In this document: positions 18,529-28,552 of the stretch, one piece after another
How positions within the stretch are numbered: the first letter of the stretch is position 1
Layout: each line of letters opens with the position of its first letter
NCBI GenBank assembly: GCA_029559515.1
Contig: JAKQBO010000007.1
Location: 11,878-75,877, forward strand
Direction of reading: 5' to 3'
Length of the DNA: 64,000 nt
Origin: a bacterium
Lineage (GTDB): Bacteria > Patescibacteriota > Minisyncoccia > Minisyncoccales > UBA1441
Notes under the pieces: generated by a model
The model's database searches: none
The model's input: the letters and a program-made list of their open reading frames with translations, nothing else
What the model was told of the DNA's origin: nothing
Translations under genes and position numbers: made by a program

Positions 18529-19577
18529 TTTATCGGACGGAACCGAAAAAAAAGCCAACAAAGAAGATGTTGGGAAAACCGAAGTTTTTCTTTAATAAGA
18601 TCAGGCGGCGAGAGTTAATATTAGTTATTGTTGCCGTTTTGGTGGCCGTTTTTGGATTTGGTGTATTCCAGCCTATCTTGGCTGATTATCTATACTACCA
18701 AATGGTTGATGTTGATGCTTCTTTAGCTAAAAATCACAACCTTTTTGAACAGCTTCTGCAAGCCCATCGGCCGATCAGAAACTGGTCAGTTCCTTTTCCC
18801 GAAGAAGTTAGCGCTCGCTCGGTAGCCGCGGTTGAAATTAATCCCCACCAACCCAATCGTCATCTATTGATTAAAAACGCCGACCATCCTTATCCTATTG
18901 CCAGCATTACCAAGCTGATGACCGCGATGGTGGCCATTGATCTTTATCAGCTGGAGCAACAGACCACTGTTTCTAGCTGGTCAGCGAATCAGATTGGCAA
19001 TATTCCTTTAATCAAAGAAGGGGATCAGCTGAGCGTTAAAGACTTAATCTATCTTTCTTTAATGGAGTCTAATAATAGTGCTGCTTATGCTCTGGCTGAG
19101 ATAAAAGGCGTTTCTGCTTTTATCCAGGAGATGAATCAAAAGGCAGCTTCAATCGGCCTTGAGCAGACTCACTTTATAACAGCGACCGGATTAACCGGGG
19201 CCGGCCGGGCTGATAACTACTCAACCGCCAACGAAATAATAAAAATGGTAACTTATCTCTGGCAGCAGCCAGAATATGAAGTTATCCGCCAGGCCTTAGC
19301 CAGTGATGATTATGCTATTTATGATGGTACGGGTGCTTTTTATTATCGGGCTGTTAATAATAATCAGCTGTTAGGAGATTATACAAGCCTCATTGGTAGC
19401 AAGACCGGTTATCTGCCTTCGGCTGGAGAATGTTTGGTTTCGGTTTTTCAGGGGCCCACAGAAGACGCCTATCTCATCGTAGTTGTTTTGGGATCAGAAG
19501 ATCGTTTTGCTGACACTAAGCATGTCGTTGAGTGGATCCCTGAAGCTTATCTCTATTCATTTAATTATGGTCTTTGA
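18525..19577 (+). CDS. D-alanyl-D-alanine carboxypeptidase (peptidase S11, PBP5/6-like)
   Basis: SITK (SxxK), SNN and KTG-like motifs, plus an N-terminal membrane anchor. Confidence 0.7.
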   Translation: MIYRTEPKKKPTKKMLGKPKFFFNKIRRRELILVIVAVLVAVFGFGVFQPILADYLYYQMVDVDASLAKNHNLFEQLLQAHRPIRNWSVPFPEEVSARSVAAVEINPHQPNRHLLIKNADHPYPIASITKLMTAMVAIDLYQLEQQTTVSSWSANQIGNIPLIKEGDQLSVKDLIYLSLMESNNSAAYALAEIKGVSAFIQEMNQKAASIGLEQTHFITATGLTGAGRADNYSTANEIIKMVTYLWQQPEYEVIRQALASDDYAIYDGTGAFYYRAVNNNQLLGDYTSLIGSKTGYLPSAGECLVSVFQGPTEDAYLIVVVLGSEDRFADTKHVVEWIPEAYLYSFNYGL

Positions 19578-20640
19578 AGTCGACTCTTATACCGTCTGGC
19601 AAGTAATTCGAGCCTTTGCCCTCGGTTTCTTCTCCTTTGTTTTTGCTTTGGCGATCATTCCGAAGTTCACTGATTTCATGTATCGTCATCAGCTCTGGAG
19701 GAAAAAAGACAAAGACAAAAGCATCGATGGCCAGAAGCTTAAAGTTTTTACTAAATTTCACGGGGGAGAGGGGACACGAGTGCCTCGAGTTGGCGGTCTG
19801 ATTGTTTGGGTCGTTCCTTTATTGGTTGCGGTTATATTTTATCTCTTAAGCCTGCTAAATAACGACATTTTGTCTGAGTTAAATTTTCTCCATCGCTCTC
19901 AAACTTGGCTGCCTTTATTTGCCTTGGTCGCGGCTTCTCTTTTGGGGCTGACCGACGACCTGCTCCAAATCAAAGGCAAAGGAAAGTACATCGGTGGCGG
20001 ATTAAAGCTTTCCTGGCGAATCGCTATTGTCGGTTTAATTGGATTAATTGGCGGCTGGTGGTTCTACGCAAAATTAGGCGTTGAAACTATCGGTATTCCC
20101 GGTTGGGGTAGTCTTTTTGTTGGCTGGTGGCTAGTGCCTATTTTTATAGTGACAATGATTGCTACTTATGGCGGAAGTATTATCGATGGCTTAGACGGTC
20201 TGGCCGGTGGAACTTTTGCCACTATCTTTGGCGCTTTTGCTGTAATTTCATTTTTTAACCTGCAATATCACCTGGCGACCTTCTGCTTGGTTTTGGTCGG
20301 AGCTATCTTGGCTTTTCTTTGGTTTAATATTCCACCGGCCCGTTTTTATCTCGGAGAGACTGGCGTCATGGGGCTTTGCGCCACCTTAACCGTCATTACC
20401 TTTTTCACTGATTCATTAATTGTTTTGCCGATTATTGCGTTCCTGCTGTTTTTAGAATCTGGATCAGTAATTTTGCAACTGCTCTATAAAAAGTTTAAGA
20501 AGAGAAAATTGTTCTTAGCGGCGCCGATTCATCATCACTTTGAAGCCAAGGGATGGCCTCACTACAAGGTAACTATGCGCTTCTGGGTGATTGGTGGAGT
20601 TATGGCTCTGGTCGGGGTAGCAATTAGACTACTAGGTTAA
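19567..20640 (+). CDS. mraY: phospho-N-acetylmuramoyl-pentapeptide transferase
   Basis: Polytopic membrane protein with the HHHFE motif; start taken at the internal ATG 19567. Confidence 0.8.
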   Translation: MVFEVDSYTVWQVIRAFALGFFSFVFALAIIPKFTDFMYRHQLWRKKDKDKSIDGQKLKVFTKFHGGEGTRVPRVGGLIVWVVPLLVAVIFYLLSLLNNDILSELNFLHRSQTWLPLFALVAASLLGLTDDLLQIKGKGKYIGGGLKLSWRIAIVGLIGLIGGWWFYAKLGVETIGIPGWGSLFVGWWLVPIFIVTMIATYGGSIIDGLDGLAGGTFATIFGAFAVISFFNLQYHLATFCLVLVGAILAFLWFNIPPARFYLGETGVMGLCATLTVITFFTDSLIVLPIIAFLLFLESGSVILQLLYKKFKKRKLFLAAPIHHHFEAKGWPHYKVTMRFWVIGGVMALVGVAIRLLG

Positions 20641-21428
20641 TGATTGGTCTTTTTGACTCGGGCTTGGGCGGATTAACGGTGGTTAAAGAGGTCTGGCAGC
20701 AATTGCCGGGCTATCCAGTGATTTATTTGGGCGACACGGCCCGCTTGCCTTACGGCACCAAACCGGCTGAGCTCATTCGATCCTGGTCGAGGCTAAACGT
20801 TGACTGGCTGTTTAATCAGGGGGCAGAAATAGTAATTATTGCCTGCCATACGGCTTCGGCTTGGGCCTTTGATTTAATTAATCAAAATTCTAGGCGACCG
20901 GTCTTTGGTGTTATTACCCCCGGAGTTAGACAGGCTTTGGCGACAACTCAAAACGGGCGGATTGGCGTGATTGGTACGCCTGGGACTATTCGAAGTGGGA
21001 TTTATCAGAAAAAGATTAAAGAATTAGATCAATCAGTCCAGCCCTATTTTCAATCCTGTCCCTTGTTTGTGCCGATCATTGAAGAAAATTGGATGGAGCG
21101 TCCTGGAGTCCGAGAAATTGCTGAAGAATATCTCAAGCCTTTAGTCAATCAAGGCATAGACACCTTGATACTGGGTTGCACCCATTATCCCTTAATGAGA
21201 GGCACCATAGAGCAGATAGTTGGCCAGGAGGTGACCATAGTGGATCCGGCCCAAGCGGTAGTTCAGGAGGTAAAAAACTTTTTAATCAAAAACCAAGAGC
21301 TGGCGCAAAAAATTAAAAGAAGCCGAGAACATAGGTTCTGTTTTAGCTCTCAGCCTTATCAGGCTGAAACTATCAGTCGCCTGTGTTTGGGCCAGACGAT
21401 TAAAACCGAAGTCATCAATGACAATTAA
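20640..21428 (+). CDS. murI: glutamate racemase
   Basis: IGLFDSGLGGLTV N-terminus and the two Cys-containing racemase motifs. Confidence 0.8.
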   Translation: MIGLFDSGLGGLTVVKEVWQQLPGYPVIYLGDTARLPYGTKPAELIRSWSRLNVDWLFNQGAEIVIIACHTASAWAFDLINQNSRRPVFGVITPGVRQALATTQNGRIGVIGTPGTIRSGIYQKKIKELDQSVQPYFQSCPLFVPIIEENWMERPGVREIAEEYLKPLVNQGIDTLILGCTHYPLMRGTIEQIVGQEVTIVDPAQAVVQEVKNFLIKNQELAQKIKRSREHRFCFSSQPYQAETISRLCLGQTIKTEVINDN

Positions 21429-22809
21429 GGACATCGCCGATAAAAAAGTATTGATCCTGGGCTTGGGCCGAGAAGGCGAGTCAACCTATCGCTTATTCCG
21501 TCGTCTTTGGCCCGATCAGAGGCTAGCTTTGGCTGACCAGAATGACTTATCTCAGCTGGGCGGTTTCTGGTCTGAAGTCGCCCGGCAAGACAAGCAGGTA
21601 GAATTCATTCTTGGTTCCGATTATTTAGATGCGGTCAATCATTATCAAGTTGTGGTTAGGTCGCCTGGAATTTCGCTAAAAAAAATTAAGCTAAAACAGG
21701 CAACCATCACCTCACAAACCGAGCTTTTTCTGCAAAAAGTTCGAGATCGAACGATTGGTATCAGCGGAACTAAAGGCAAAAGCACGACTGCTGGGTTAGT
21801 CCATCACTTGCTCCAAAGCAAAAAGAAGGTTTTTTTGGTTGGCAACATGGGACGACCGGCTTTAGATTTCTGGTCAGAAGCCGACGATCCCAACGCTTGG
21901 TTTGTTTATGAAATGTCTTCGCATCAGCTCGACGGCTTAACAATCAGCCCGCATCAAGCTATTTTTCTTAACCTGATGCCCGATCACCTCGATTACTTTG
22001 GCCAGCTTGATGCTTACTATCAGGCTAAAATCAATCTGATTCGCTATCAAACGCCAAAAGATCTTCTCGTTTACAATCAGGCTGACGATCACCTGCGAGC
22101 GACCATCGCCATTTCTTTAGCTCAAAAGATACCCTTTAGTCCTCAGCCAGACGAGGGGAGTGTTTGTTTTTGGCAAGAGAGCCAGCTTTATTATCAAGCG
22201 CCAGGAGAAGTGCCAGAGGTAGTTCTGAATAAAGAAAAGTTAAACCAGCTCCATCCGACCGTTAAGGTAAATATTATGCCAGCTGTTATCTTGGCTAAAA
22301 TGGCGGGGCTGAGCAACCAGGAAATTTCAGATAAATTATTAGATTTTAAGCCGCCAAAACACAGGCTGGAGTTTATTGGACAGTGGCAAGGTATCTTTTT
22401 TTATGATGATTCAGCCGCAACTATTCCGGCCGCAACAATATCGGCGCTTCGCTCGCTTGAGCATTCGGTCGATACGCTGATCATTGGAGGATCGGAGAAG
22501 GGGATTGACTTTGAAGAATTAGCCGAAGAAATTATTCGAGCGGGCGTATCGCATTTAATTTCTTTTCCAAAAACTGGACCGGAGATCGTCGCTTTAGTTA
22601 AAAAACAAGCCTTAAAGAAAGGACAGCCGGCTCCCAGCGTTAAAGAAGTTAAGGATATGGCTGAGGCGGTTAAGCACGCCCTTGAAGTGACGGCTCCCCA
22701 AAAAGTCTGTCTGCTCTCTCCGGCTTCGGCCAGCTTTACTAACTTTAAAAATTATCAGGCGCGAGGCGAGGCTTTTCAGAAATGGGTTAAAGAAATGAGC
22801 CGTCATTAA
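21418..22809 (+). CDS. murD: UDP-N-acetylmuramoylalanine--D-glutamate ligase
   Basis: Mur ligase P-loop GISGTKGKSTT and an N-terminal Rossmann-like domain. Confidence 0.75.
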   Translation: MTIKDIADKKVLILGLGREGESTYRLFRRLWPDQRLALADQNDLSQLGGFWSEVARQDKQVEFILGSDYLDAVNHYQVVVRSPGISLKKIKLKQATITSQTELFLQKVRDRTIGISGTKGKSTTAGLVHHLLQSKKKVFLVGNMGRPALDFWSEADDPNAWFVYEMSSHQLDGLTISPHQAIFLNLMPDHLDYFGQLDAYYQAKINLIRYQTPKDLLVYNQADDHLRATIAISLAQKIPFSPQPDEGSVCFWQESQLYYQAPGEVPEVVLNKEKLNQLHPTVKVNIMPAVILAKMAGLSNQEISDKLLDFKPPKHRLEFIGQWQGIFFYDDSAATIPAATISALRSLEHSVDTLIIGGSEKGIDFEELAEEIIRAGVSHLISFPKTGPEIVALVKKQALKKGQPAPSVKEVKDMAEAVKHALEVTAPQKVCLLSPASASFTNFKNYQARGEAFQKWVKEMSRH

Positions 22810-22813
22810 AACA

Positions 22814-23911
22814 ATGAAAGAGACGAGTGATGATAAAAATTTACGCTGGAGCATCGCAGTTATCTCTTTGATTCTTTTGGCTATCGGCTTGTTTTTCTTA
22901 ACCACAACTTCGGCTCCCAGTGCTTTAAGTCGCTTCGGAGACAGCTTCTATTACCTCAAGCGGCAGCTAATGCATGGAATTTTACCGGGAATAATTCTGG
23001 GCCTGGTCGCTTATAAACTGCCCCTGGATCGCTTTCGGAAATTAGTTCCTTATCTCTTTGGGGCCAACCTTGTGTTGCTGATTTTACTACTGCTGCCTTA
23101 TTTCGGCACAGCTTTAGGCGGTAGCCGGCGCTGGTTGCAAATTGGCTCAATTTCCTTTCAACCGTCCGAGTTTTTAAAAATTGCCTTTATTCTTTATTTC
23201 GCTCACTTGGCTTCTTTGTTGGCTCGCAAGAAGCAATATCGTAAAATATTTTTGATATTCTTAGGCCTAACGGCTGTCATTGGGGCGCTTTTTATTCTGC
23301 AGCCTGATTTAAGCACCTTTGGCGTAATTATTATTACCGGTCTCGCTATGTATATTCTCGCCGGAATGCCTTTGGGTAATATCTTTCTGCTTTTCTCTTT
23401 GGCGGGAGTATCTGGCTGGCTGATGATTCGCTTTTCTGCCTATCGATTATCCCGATTATTAACTTTTCTGAATCCAGAAGAATCTCCGCTGGCCGCCGGT
23501 TATCAGATTAAGCAGATGCTTTACGCCATTGGTTCAGGAGGCTTAGCCGGTTTAGGCTTAGGCTTGAGCCGGCAAAAGTTTGGTTTCCTGCCCCACTCCA
23601 TAAGCGACTCAATCTTTGCTATAATAGCTGAGGAGACTGGTTTTATCGGATCCGTTCTGCTGGTGGTTCTCTTTGTGGTTTTGGCTTGGCTAGGCGTTCG
23701 CCTGGCTTTAAGCCAAAAAGACCATTTTCGTCAATTGATTATCATGGGGGTTACCGTTTGGATCGCCGTTCAGGCTTTTATCCATATCTCGGCCAACGTT
23801 GGATTAATTCCTCTCACCGGCATGCCGCTGCCATTTATTAGCTACGGCGGCTCGGCTCTAACTGCTCAACTTATTGGATTAGGTTTTTTATTAAATGCCT
23901 CGAAAAAGTAA
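22814..23911 (+). CDS. ftsW: SEDS-family peptidoglycan glycosyltransferase (FtsW/RodA)
   Basis: About ten transmembrane helices; a conserved PxxG loop; sits in the dcw cluster between murD and murG. Confidence 0.75.
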   Translation: MKETSDDKNLRWSIAVISLILLAIGLFFLTTTSAPSALSRFGDSFYYLKRQLMHGILPGIILGLVAYKLPLDRFRKLVPYLFGANLVLLILLLLPYFGTALGGSRRWLQIGSISFQPSEFLKIAFILYFAHLASLLARKKQYRKIFLIFLGLTAVIGALFILQPDLSTFGVIIITGLAMYILAGMPLGNIFLLFSLAGVSGWLMIRFSAYRLSRLLTFLNPEESPLAAGYQIKQMLYAIGSGGLAGLGLGLSRQKFGFLPHSISDSIFAIIAEETGFIGSVLLVVLFVVLAWLGVRLALSQKDHFRQLIIMGVTVWIAVQAFIHISANVGLIPLTGMPLPFISYGGSALTAQLIGLGFLLNASKK

Positions 23912-25031
23912 AAAAAGAAAATTTAAGATTGTTTTTACCGGTGGCGGCAGCGGCGGCCATATCTTTCCCATTGTTGCTGTAATTCGCGAAATGAAAAAGA
24001 TTGATCGCGACCAAATATTTTCTTATTATTACATTGGTCCGCCTGATGCCCTGGCTTTAAGTTATTTGCCTAAAGAAGGGGTTAAAATGAGAACTACGCT
24101 GGGCGGAAAAGTCCGTCGCTACTTCTCGCTCTGGAACGTTGTAGACATTCTCTTTAAAATTCCCATTAGCCTTGTTCTGGCTTTCTTCTATCTATTCTTC
24201 ATTGGGCCCGATTTGATTTTTAGCAAGGGCGGCTTCGGCTCTTTTCCGACTGTTCTGTGGGGATTGTTAATGCAGGTTCCTCTATTTGTCCATGAATCAG
24301 ATACAGTGATGGGTAAAGCTAATCGCTTCGGCGCCAAGTGGGCTCTGGAAGTGTTTACTTCCTTTCCCGAGCCTAAAAATAATCAGCAACGTCATATCAA
24401 CGTTGGCCATCCAATCCGCACCAGCCTGCTTGAAGGAGAGCAACAATCAGCCCGAAAAGCCCTGGGAATTCTTTCCAATAAGCCAGTCATCTTAATTGTA
24501 GGCGGATCACAGGGGGCTCAATTCATTAATAGCGTCGTTCTCGATGTTTTACCGTCGCTATTGGAGCAGTTTGAGGTAATTCATCACTGCGGGCAAAAAA
24601 ATTTTGATGAAATTAGAACCGCCGCCAAGATAATTGTCGATCAAAAATTTTGGCAGTCTTACCATCCCTATCCTTTTCTTGATGAATGGGAAACGGTCAA
24701 TGCCTACCAGGCCGCTGATTTGATTGTTGCCCGAGCTGGTTCAGGGACTTTGTTTGAAATTGCTGCTCTAGGCAAACCAAGTATTATTGTGCCCCTGGCT
24801 AATTCAGCTGCTAATCACCAAATTAAAAATGCTTATTTTTTTAAAGATTATGGAGCTCAGGTGATTGAAGAGAATAATTTTACGCCTCAATTTTTCTTGA
24901 AGTCAGTCCAGTATGCTTTTAGTAACCCTGAAACGCTGAAGAAGCGAGGGGAAATGGCCAAGCATTTTGCTCGGCCCCAAGCAGCTCGTATTATCGCCGA
25001 ATATTTAATAAGTTATTTATTTTTAAAATGA
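23895..25031 (+). CDS. murG: undecaprenyl-PP-MurNAc-pentapeptide GlcNAc transferase
   Basis: FTGGGSGGHIFP glycine-rich motif at the N-terminus. Confidence 0.8.
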   Translation: MPRKSKKRKFKIVFTGGGSGGHIFPIVAVIREMKKIDRDQIFSYYYIGPPDALALSYLPKEGVKMRTTLGGKVRRYFSLWNVVDILFKIPISLVLAFFYLFFIGPDLIFSKGGFGSFPTVLWGLLMQVPLFVHESDTVMGKANRFGAKWALEVFTSFPEPKNNQQRHINVGHPIRTSLLEGEQQSARKALGILSNKPVILIVGGSQGAQFINSVVLDVLPSLLEQFEVIHHCGQKNFDEIRTAAKIIVDQKFWQSYHPYPFLDEWETVNAYQAADLIVARAGSGTLFEIAALGKPSIIVPLANSAANHQIKNAYFFKDYGAQVIEENNFTPQFFLKSVQYAFSNPETLKKRGEMAKHFARPQAARIIAEYLISYLFLK

Positions 25032-26554
25032 GCGATGAAAAATTAGAATTATCAGCGCCTGATCGGCCGAGGGTGAGATTAGCGCCGTCGCCAACCGGGC
25101 CTCTCCATATCGGCACCGCTCGGACAGCCTTGTTTAACTATCTGTTTGCCCGACAGAGTCGAGGAACATTTGTATTAAGGATTGAGGATACTGACCATGA
25201 ACGCTCAAAAAAGAAGTGGGAAAAGGATATTTTAAAATATTTAGCCTGGCTCGGCCTCGACTGGGATGAAGGCCCGGACAAAGGAGGCTCCTTTGCTCCT
25301 TATCGGCAGAGCGAGCGGGTAGATATTTATACGCCCTATATCAAGCAGCTACTCGATCAGGGCCAAGCCTATTACTGCTTTTGCACGAAAGATGAGCTGG
25401 CGGCCCAAAAAGAATATCAGGCCAGCATCGGTGAGCCACCCCGTTACATTGGCCGTTGTCGGAACATTGACCCAAAGGAAGCTCAGGCCAGATTAAAGAG
25501 GGGAGAGAGCGCCGTTATCCGCCTAAAGGTTTCTTCAGATAAAGTCATTTCCTTTCAGGACCAAATCTGCGGGCAGACCGATTTTAACTCTTCAGAGCTG
25601 GGTGATTTTATTATTGCCAAAAACTTGAAGGAGCCACTATACAATTTAGCCGTGGTCGTCGATGACTATCTGATGAAGATTACGCACGTTATCCGAGGAG
25701 CTGATCATATCTCTAACACGCCGAAGCAGATTTTAATTGCTGAGGCCTTAGGCCTGCCTCAGCCCCAATACGCTCATTTGCCCCTGGTGCTCAGTCCCAA
25801 CCGTCGGAAGCTTAGCAAGCGGGAAGAGGTTGTTGCTGTCAGCGATTATTATCAACAGGGCTATCTGCCCCAGGCATTAGTTAACTTTATGATCTTGCTT
25901 GGCTGGAATGAAGGAACCGACCGCGAGATATACTCTATGGACGAGTTGGTTGAAAAATTCAGCTTAGATAAAGTCCAGCGCTCTGGAGGCATATTCGACC
26001 TCAAGCGCCTTAACTGGATGAATGGGTATTACATCAGACAAGAATCGTTACCGGTCTTGACACAGATGTGTATTCCTTATCTAATCAAATCAGGCCATTT
26101 AGAAGAAATTCCCAATGGAAGTAAAAAATACAGAATCAAGGAAACCAAGGAAATTGTTTCTTTGGGCTACTTAGGAAAGGTAATCGGCCTTTATCAGGAG
26201 AGATTAAAGGTTTTGTCAGAAATTCCGGAATTAGTCGATTATTTCTTCAAGAAAGAAGTGAAGTATCAGCCAACACTGTTAATTTGGAAGGATAAAGACA
26301 AAAAAGAGATCAAGAATGCCCTTAATCGGGCAATTAAGGCCCTTTCTGGCCTTAAGAGAGACTGGACCCTAGAAAAGATAAATGAAGCCCTTCTCGGGGC
26401 TGCTGATGAGATAGGGGACCGAGGAACTCTTCTCTGGCCAGTCCGAGCAGCCTTGACCGGTAAAGAAAATTCGGCCAGTCCTTTCGATGTCGCCTACGTC
26501 CTCGGTCCAGAAAAAACTATCCGCCGATTGGAGCGGGCGGCTAAACTTCTCTAA
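25028..26554 (+). CDS. gltX: glutamyl-tRNA synthetase
   Basis: Class I HIGH-type PLHIGTAR and KLSKR (KMSKS) motifs. Confidence 0.85.
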   Translation: MSDEKLELSAPDRPRVRLAPSPTGPLHIGTARTALFNYLFARQSRGTFVLRIEDTDHERSKKKWEKDILKYLAWLGLDWDEGPDKGGSFAPYRQSERVDIYTPYIKQLLDQGQAYYCFCTKDELAAQKEYQASIGEPPRYIGRCRNIDPKEAQARLKRGESAVIRLKVSSDKVISFQDQICGQTDFNSSELGDFIIAKNLKEPLYNLAVVVDDYLMKITHVIRGADHISNTPKQILIAEALGLPQPQYAHLPLVLSPNRRKLSKREEVVAVSDYYQQGYLPQALVNFMILLGWNEGTDREIYSMDELVEKFSLDKVQRSGGIFDLKRLNWMNGYYIRQESLPVLTQMCIPYLIKSGHLEEIPNGSKKYRIKETKEIVSLGYLGKVIGLYQERLKVLSEIPELVDYFFKKEVKYQPTLLIWKDKDKKEIKNALNRAIKALSGLKRDWTLEKINEALLGAADEIGDRGTLLWPVRAALTGKENSASPFDVAYVLGPEKTIRRLERAAKLL

Positions 26555-26656
26555 CTGTCAGAGGGGAGTGCTTTCCCGGTTGACATAATTATAGAAGGGA
26601 AGTAGCATATTGGTTGAGATTAAAGTTCGCATAATGTAGATTAACCGAACTAAGAT

Positions 26657-27634
26657 ATGCAAGAAAGCTCTAAAACTATTATTGAGCATATTCCAGACTT
26701 TTTAGACTGGATTGATGTTGAAAAAGGATTGTCTAACAAGACTCAAGAAAATTATGATCGCTTCTTGAGAAAATTTGTTCACTGGATGGAAAGTAACAAC
26801 TTGACTCACCTGAAACCTCACCAGATTGATTCTGAGCACATTTGGCAGTATCGAGTATTTTTAGCCCGATCAACTGATCGCCAGACTAAGCAGCCTCTTA
26901 AAAAAACAACTCAAAACTATTATTTAATCGCCCTAAGGGCATTGCTTAACTTTTTCGCCGCCCGAGACATCAAGTCTCTTCCGGCTGAGAAGGTTGAATT
27001 AGCAAAGCAGAAAAAAGATAAAAAAGTAGATTTTCTAAAGCTGGAGCAAATAGCTAAGCTTCTTCAGGCTCCTAACACCAGCAGCTTTATTGGCTTGCGT
27101 GACCGAACTATTATAGAGGTTTTATTCTCAACTGGCTTGAGAATAAGCGAGCTAGTTTCTCTGGATCGGAAGCAATTCAAAGACAGTCAGCTAAATGAAG
27201 CCATGGAGATAAGCATCGTTGGCAAAGGCAGCTATCCTCGGACGATTTATCTCTCAGAGAGAGCGGTTAGTTGGTTGAAGCGCTATTTAGAGGCCCGAGA
27301 TCGCTTAATTCAGCCGGAAAAAGAAGCTGACTCTCCCCTATTCATTAATTTTCGCGCCCCAAAGAACAACCATGGCCGTTTGAGCGCCCGTTCTATTGAG
27401 AATATTGTTAAAAAATATGCTCTCATGGCCGGCTTGCCGCCAAGCACCACGCCCCATACCTTAAGGCACTCTTTCGCCACTGATTTACTGAATCAAGGCG
27501 CTGATTTAAGAACCGTTCAAGAATTCCTAGGCCATCAGAACATCTCAACCACTCAGATATATACCCACGTTACCAATAAGAGGTTGCGCGATCTGCATCG
27601 CCGTTTTCACGGCGGAAGCAAGCTCAATGATTAA
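26657..27634 (+). CDS. tyrosine site-specific recombinase (XerC/XerD family)
   Basis: C-terminal R ... HxxR ... Y catalytic signature (LRHSFATDLL ... TQIYTHV). Confidence 0.75.
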   Translation: MQESSKTIIEHIPDFLDWIDVEKGLSNKTQENYDRFLRKFVHWMESNNLTHLKPHQIDSEHIWQYRVFLARSTDRQTKQPLKKTTQNYYLIALRALLNFFAARDIKSLPAEKVELAKQKKDKKVDFLKLEQIAKLLQAPNTSSFIGLRDRTIIEVLFSTGLRISELVSLDRKQFKDSQLNEAMEISIVGKGSYPRTIYLSERAVSWLKRYLEARDRLIQPEKEADSPLFINFRAPKNNHGRLSARSIENIVKKYALMAGLPPSTTPHTLRHSFATDLLNQGADLRTVQEFLGHQNISTTQIYTHVTNKRLRDLHRRFHGGSKLND

Positions 27635-27848
27635 TCTGCTGAAACTCTTCAATTAACTCCAGAGGTTCCTGATTTTGATAACGCGACACCAGATATCCGC
27701 AGCCAAAAGCTAACAATGTCAGAAGAAAGATTAAGCTCAAAATCTTTATTCTGTCTTCTTCTTTTTTTAACTTTTCTTTAAGATTAGTCCACACAATAGC
27801 TAGACAAAGATTAATAATTAAACTATAATTGGAACGTTATTTTCAGAC

Positions 27849-28121
27849 ATGTCCAAGAAAACTTCTAAAAAAGCAACCGGTAATACCCGCGACTCTCGAT
27901 CTCAAAGACTAGGAGTCAAGATTTTTGGTGGCCAAACAGTCAAGACGGGTATGATTTTGGTTCGTCAGCGCGGCACTAAGTTTCTGCCCGGCCAAAACGT
28001 AAAACTTGGCCGAGACGACACCCTTTATGCAATTAAAGACGGTGTTTTGGAATTCCAGACTCGTCGCAAAATTGGATTCGATGGACGCCAGCGAGTGGTT
28101 AAGATTTTGAACGTGCGCTAA
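27849..28121 (+). CDS. rpmA: 50S ribosomal protein L27
   Basis: GGQ ... RQRGTKF ... G.NV L27 signature; 90 aa. Confidence 0.85.
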   Translation: MSKKTSKKATGNTRDSRSQRLGVKIFGGQTVKTGMILVRQRGTKFLPGQNVKLGRDDTLYAIKDGVLEFQTRRKIGFDGRQRVVKILNVR

Positions 28122-28551
28122 CCTTTATCTTGGTCTTAGCGATTACTTCTGGAGTCAACTTAATTTCAACCTCGAATTCACCTAGTTCCTTAATCGGCTT
28201 ATCGATGAGGATCTGATTTTTTTCAACAGAAAAACCTTCTTCTGTCAATAGATGGGCAATCTTAACCGCATCGATCGCCTCAAAAAGCTGACCCCTCTCC
28301 CCTGCTTCAACCTCAAGGTTAAAAATCTTACCCGATAAACTCTTGGCCCATTGGCGAGCCCGAACTTCTTCCTGTTCTTTGATACGAGCTCTGGCTTCCT
28401 GAAGCCGCTGTAATTGAACCAGGTTGGTTTTTGTGGCCGGGTCAGCCAATCTCTTCGGGAATAGATAGTTTCGGGCATATCCGCCTGAAACCTCTTTGAC
28501 TTCGCCTTTTAGCCCTATTTTCGCCACATCTTGTTTAAGAATAATCTTCAT
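28099..28551 (-). CDS. rplI: 50S ribosomal protein L9
   Basis: [32 protein letters not shown] is a canonical L9 N-terminal domain. Confidence 0.85.
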   Translation of the reverse strand: MKIILKQDVAKIGLKGEVKEVSGGYARNYLFPKRLADPATKTNLVQLQRLQEARARIKEQEEVRARQWAKSLSGKIFNLEVEAGERGQLFEAIDAVKIAHLLTEEGFSVEKNQILIDKPIKELGEFEVEIKLTPEVIAKTKIKVSARSKS

Positions 28552-28552
28552 A

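Noticed and set aside
26575-26610. TTGACA at 26580 as the -35 of a promoter for the xerC-like gene
   Set aside because: No acceptable -10 hexamer at 16-18 nt spacing (TAGCAT at best), so it is not reported as a feature.
27640-27790. Possible small minus-strand lipoprotein-like ORF (... LSLIFLLTLLAFGCGYLVS ...) between the xerC-like gene and rpmA
   Set aside because: No ATG start (only TTG), no canonical lipobox, and below the size cutoff. The region is more likely promoter or terminator sequence.
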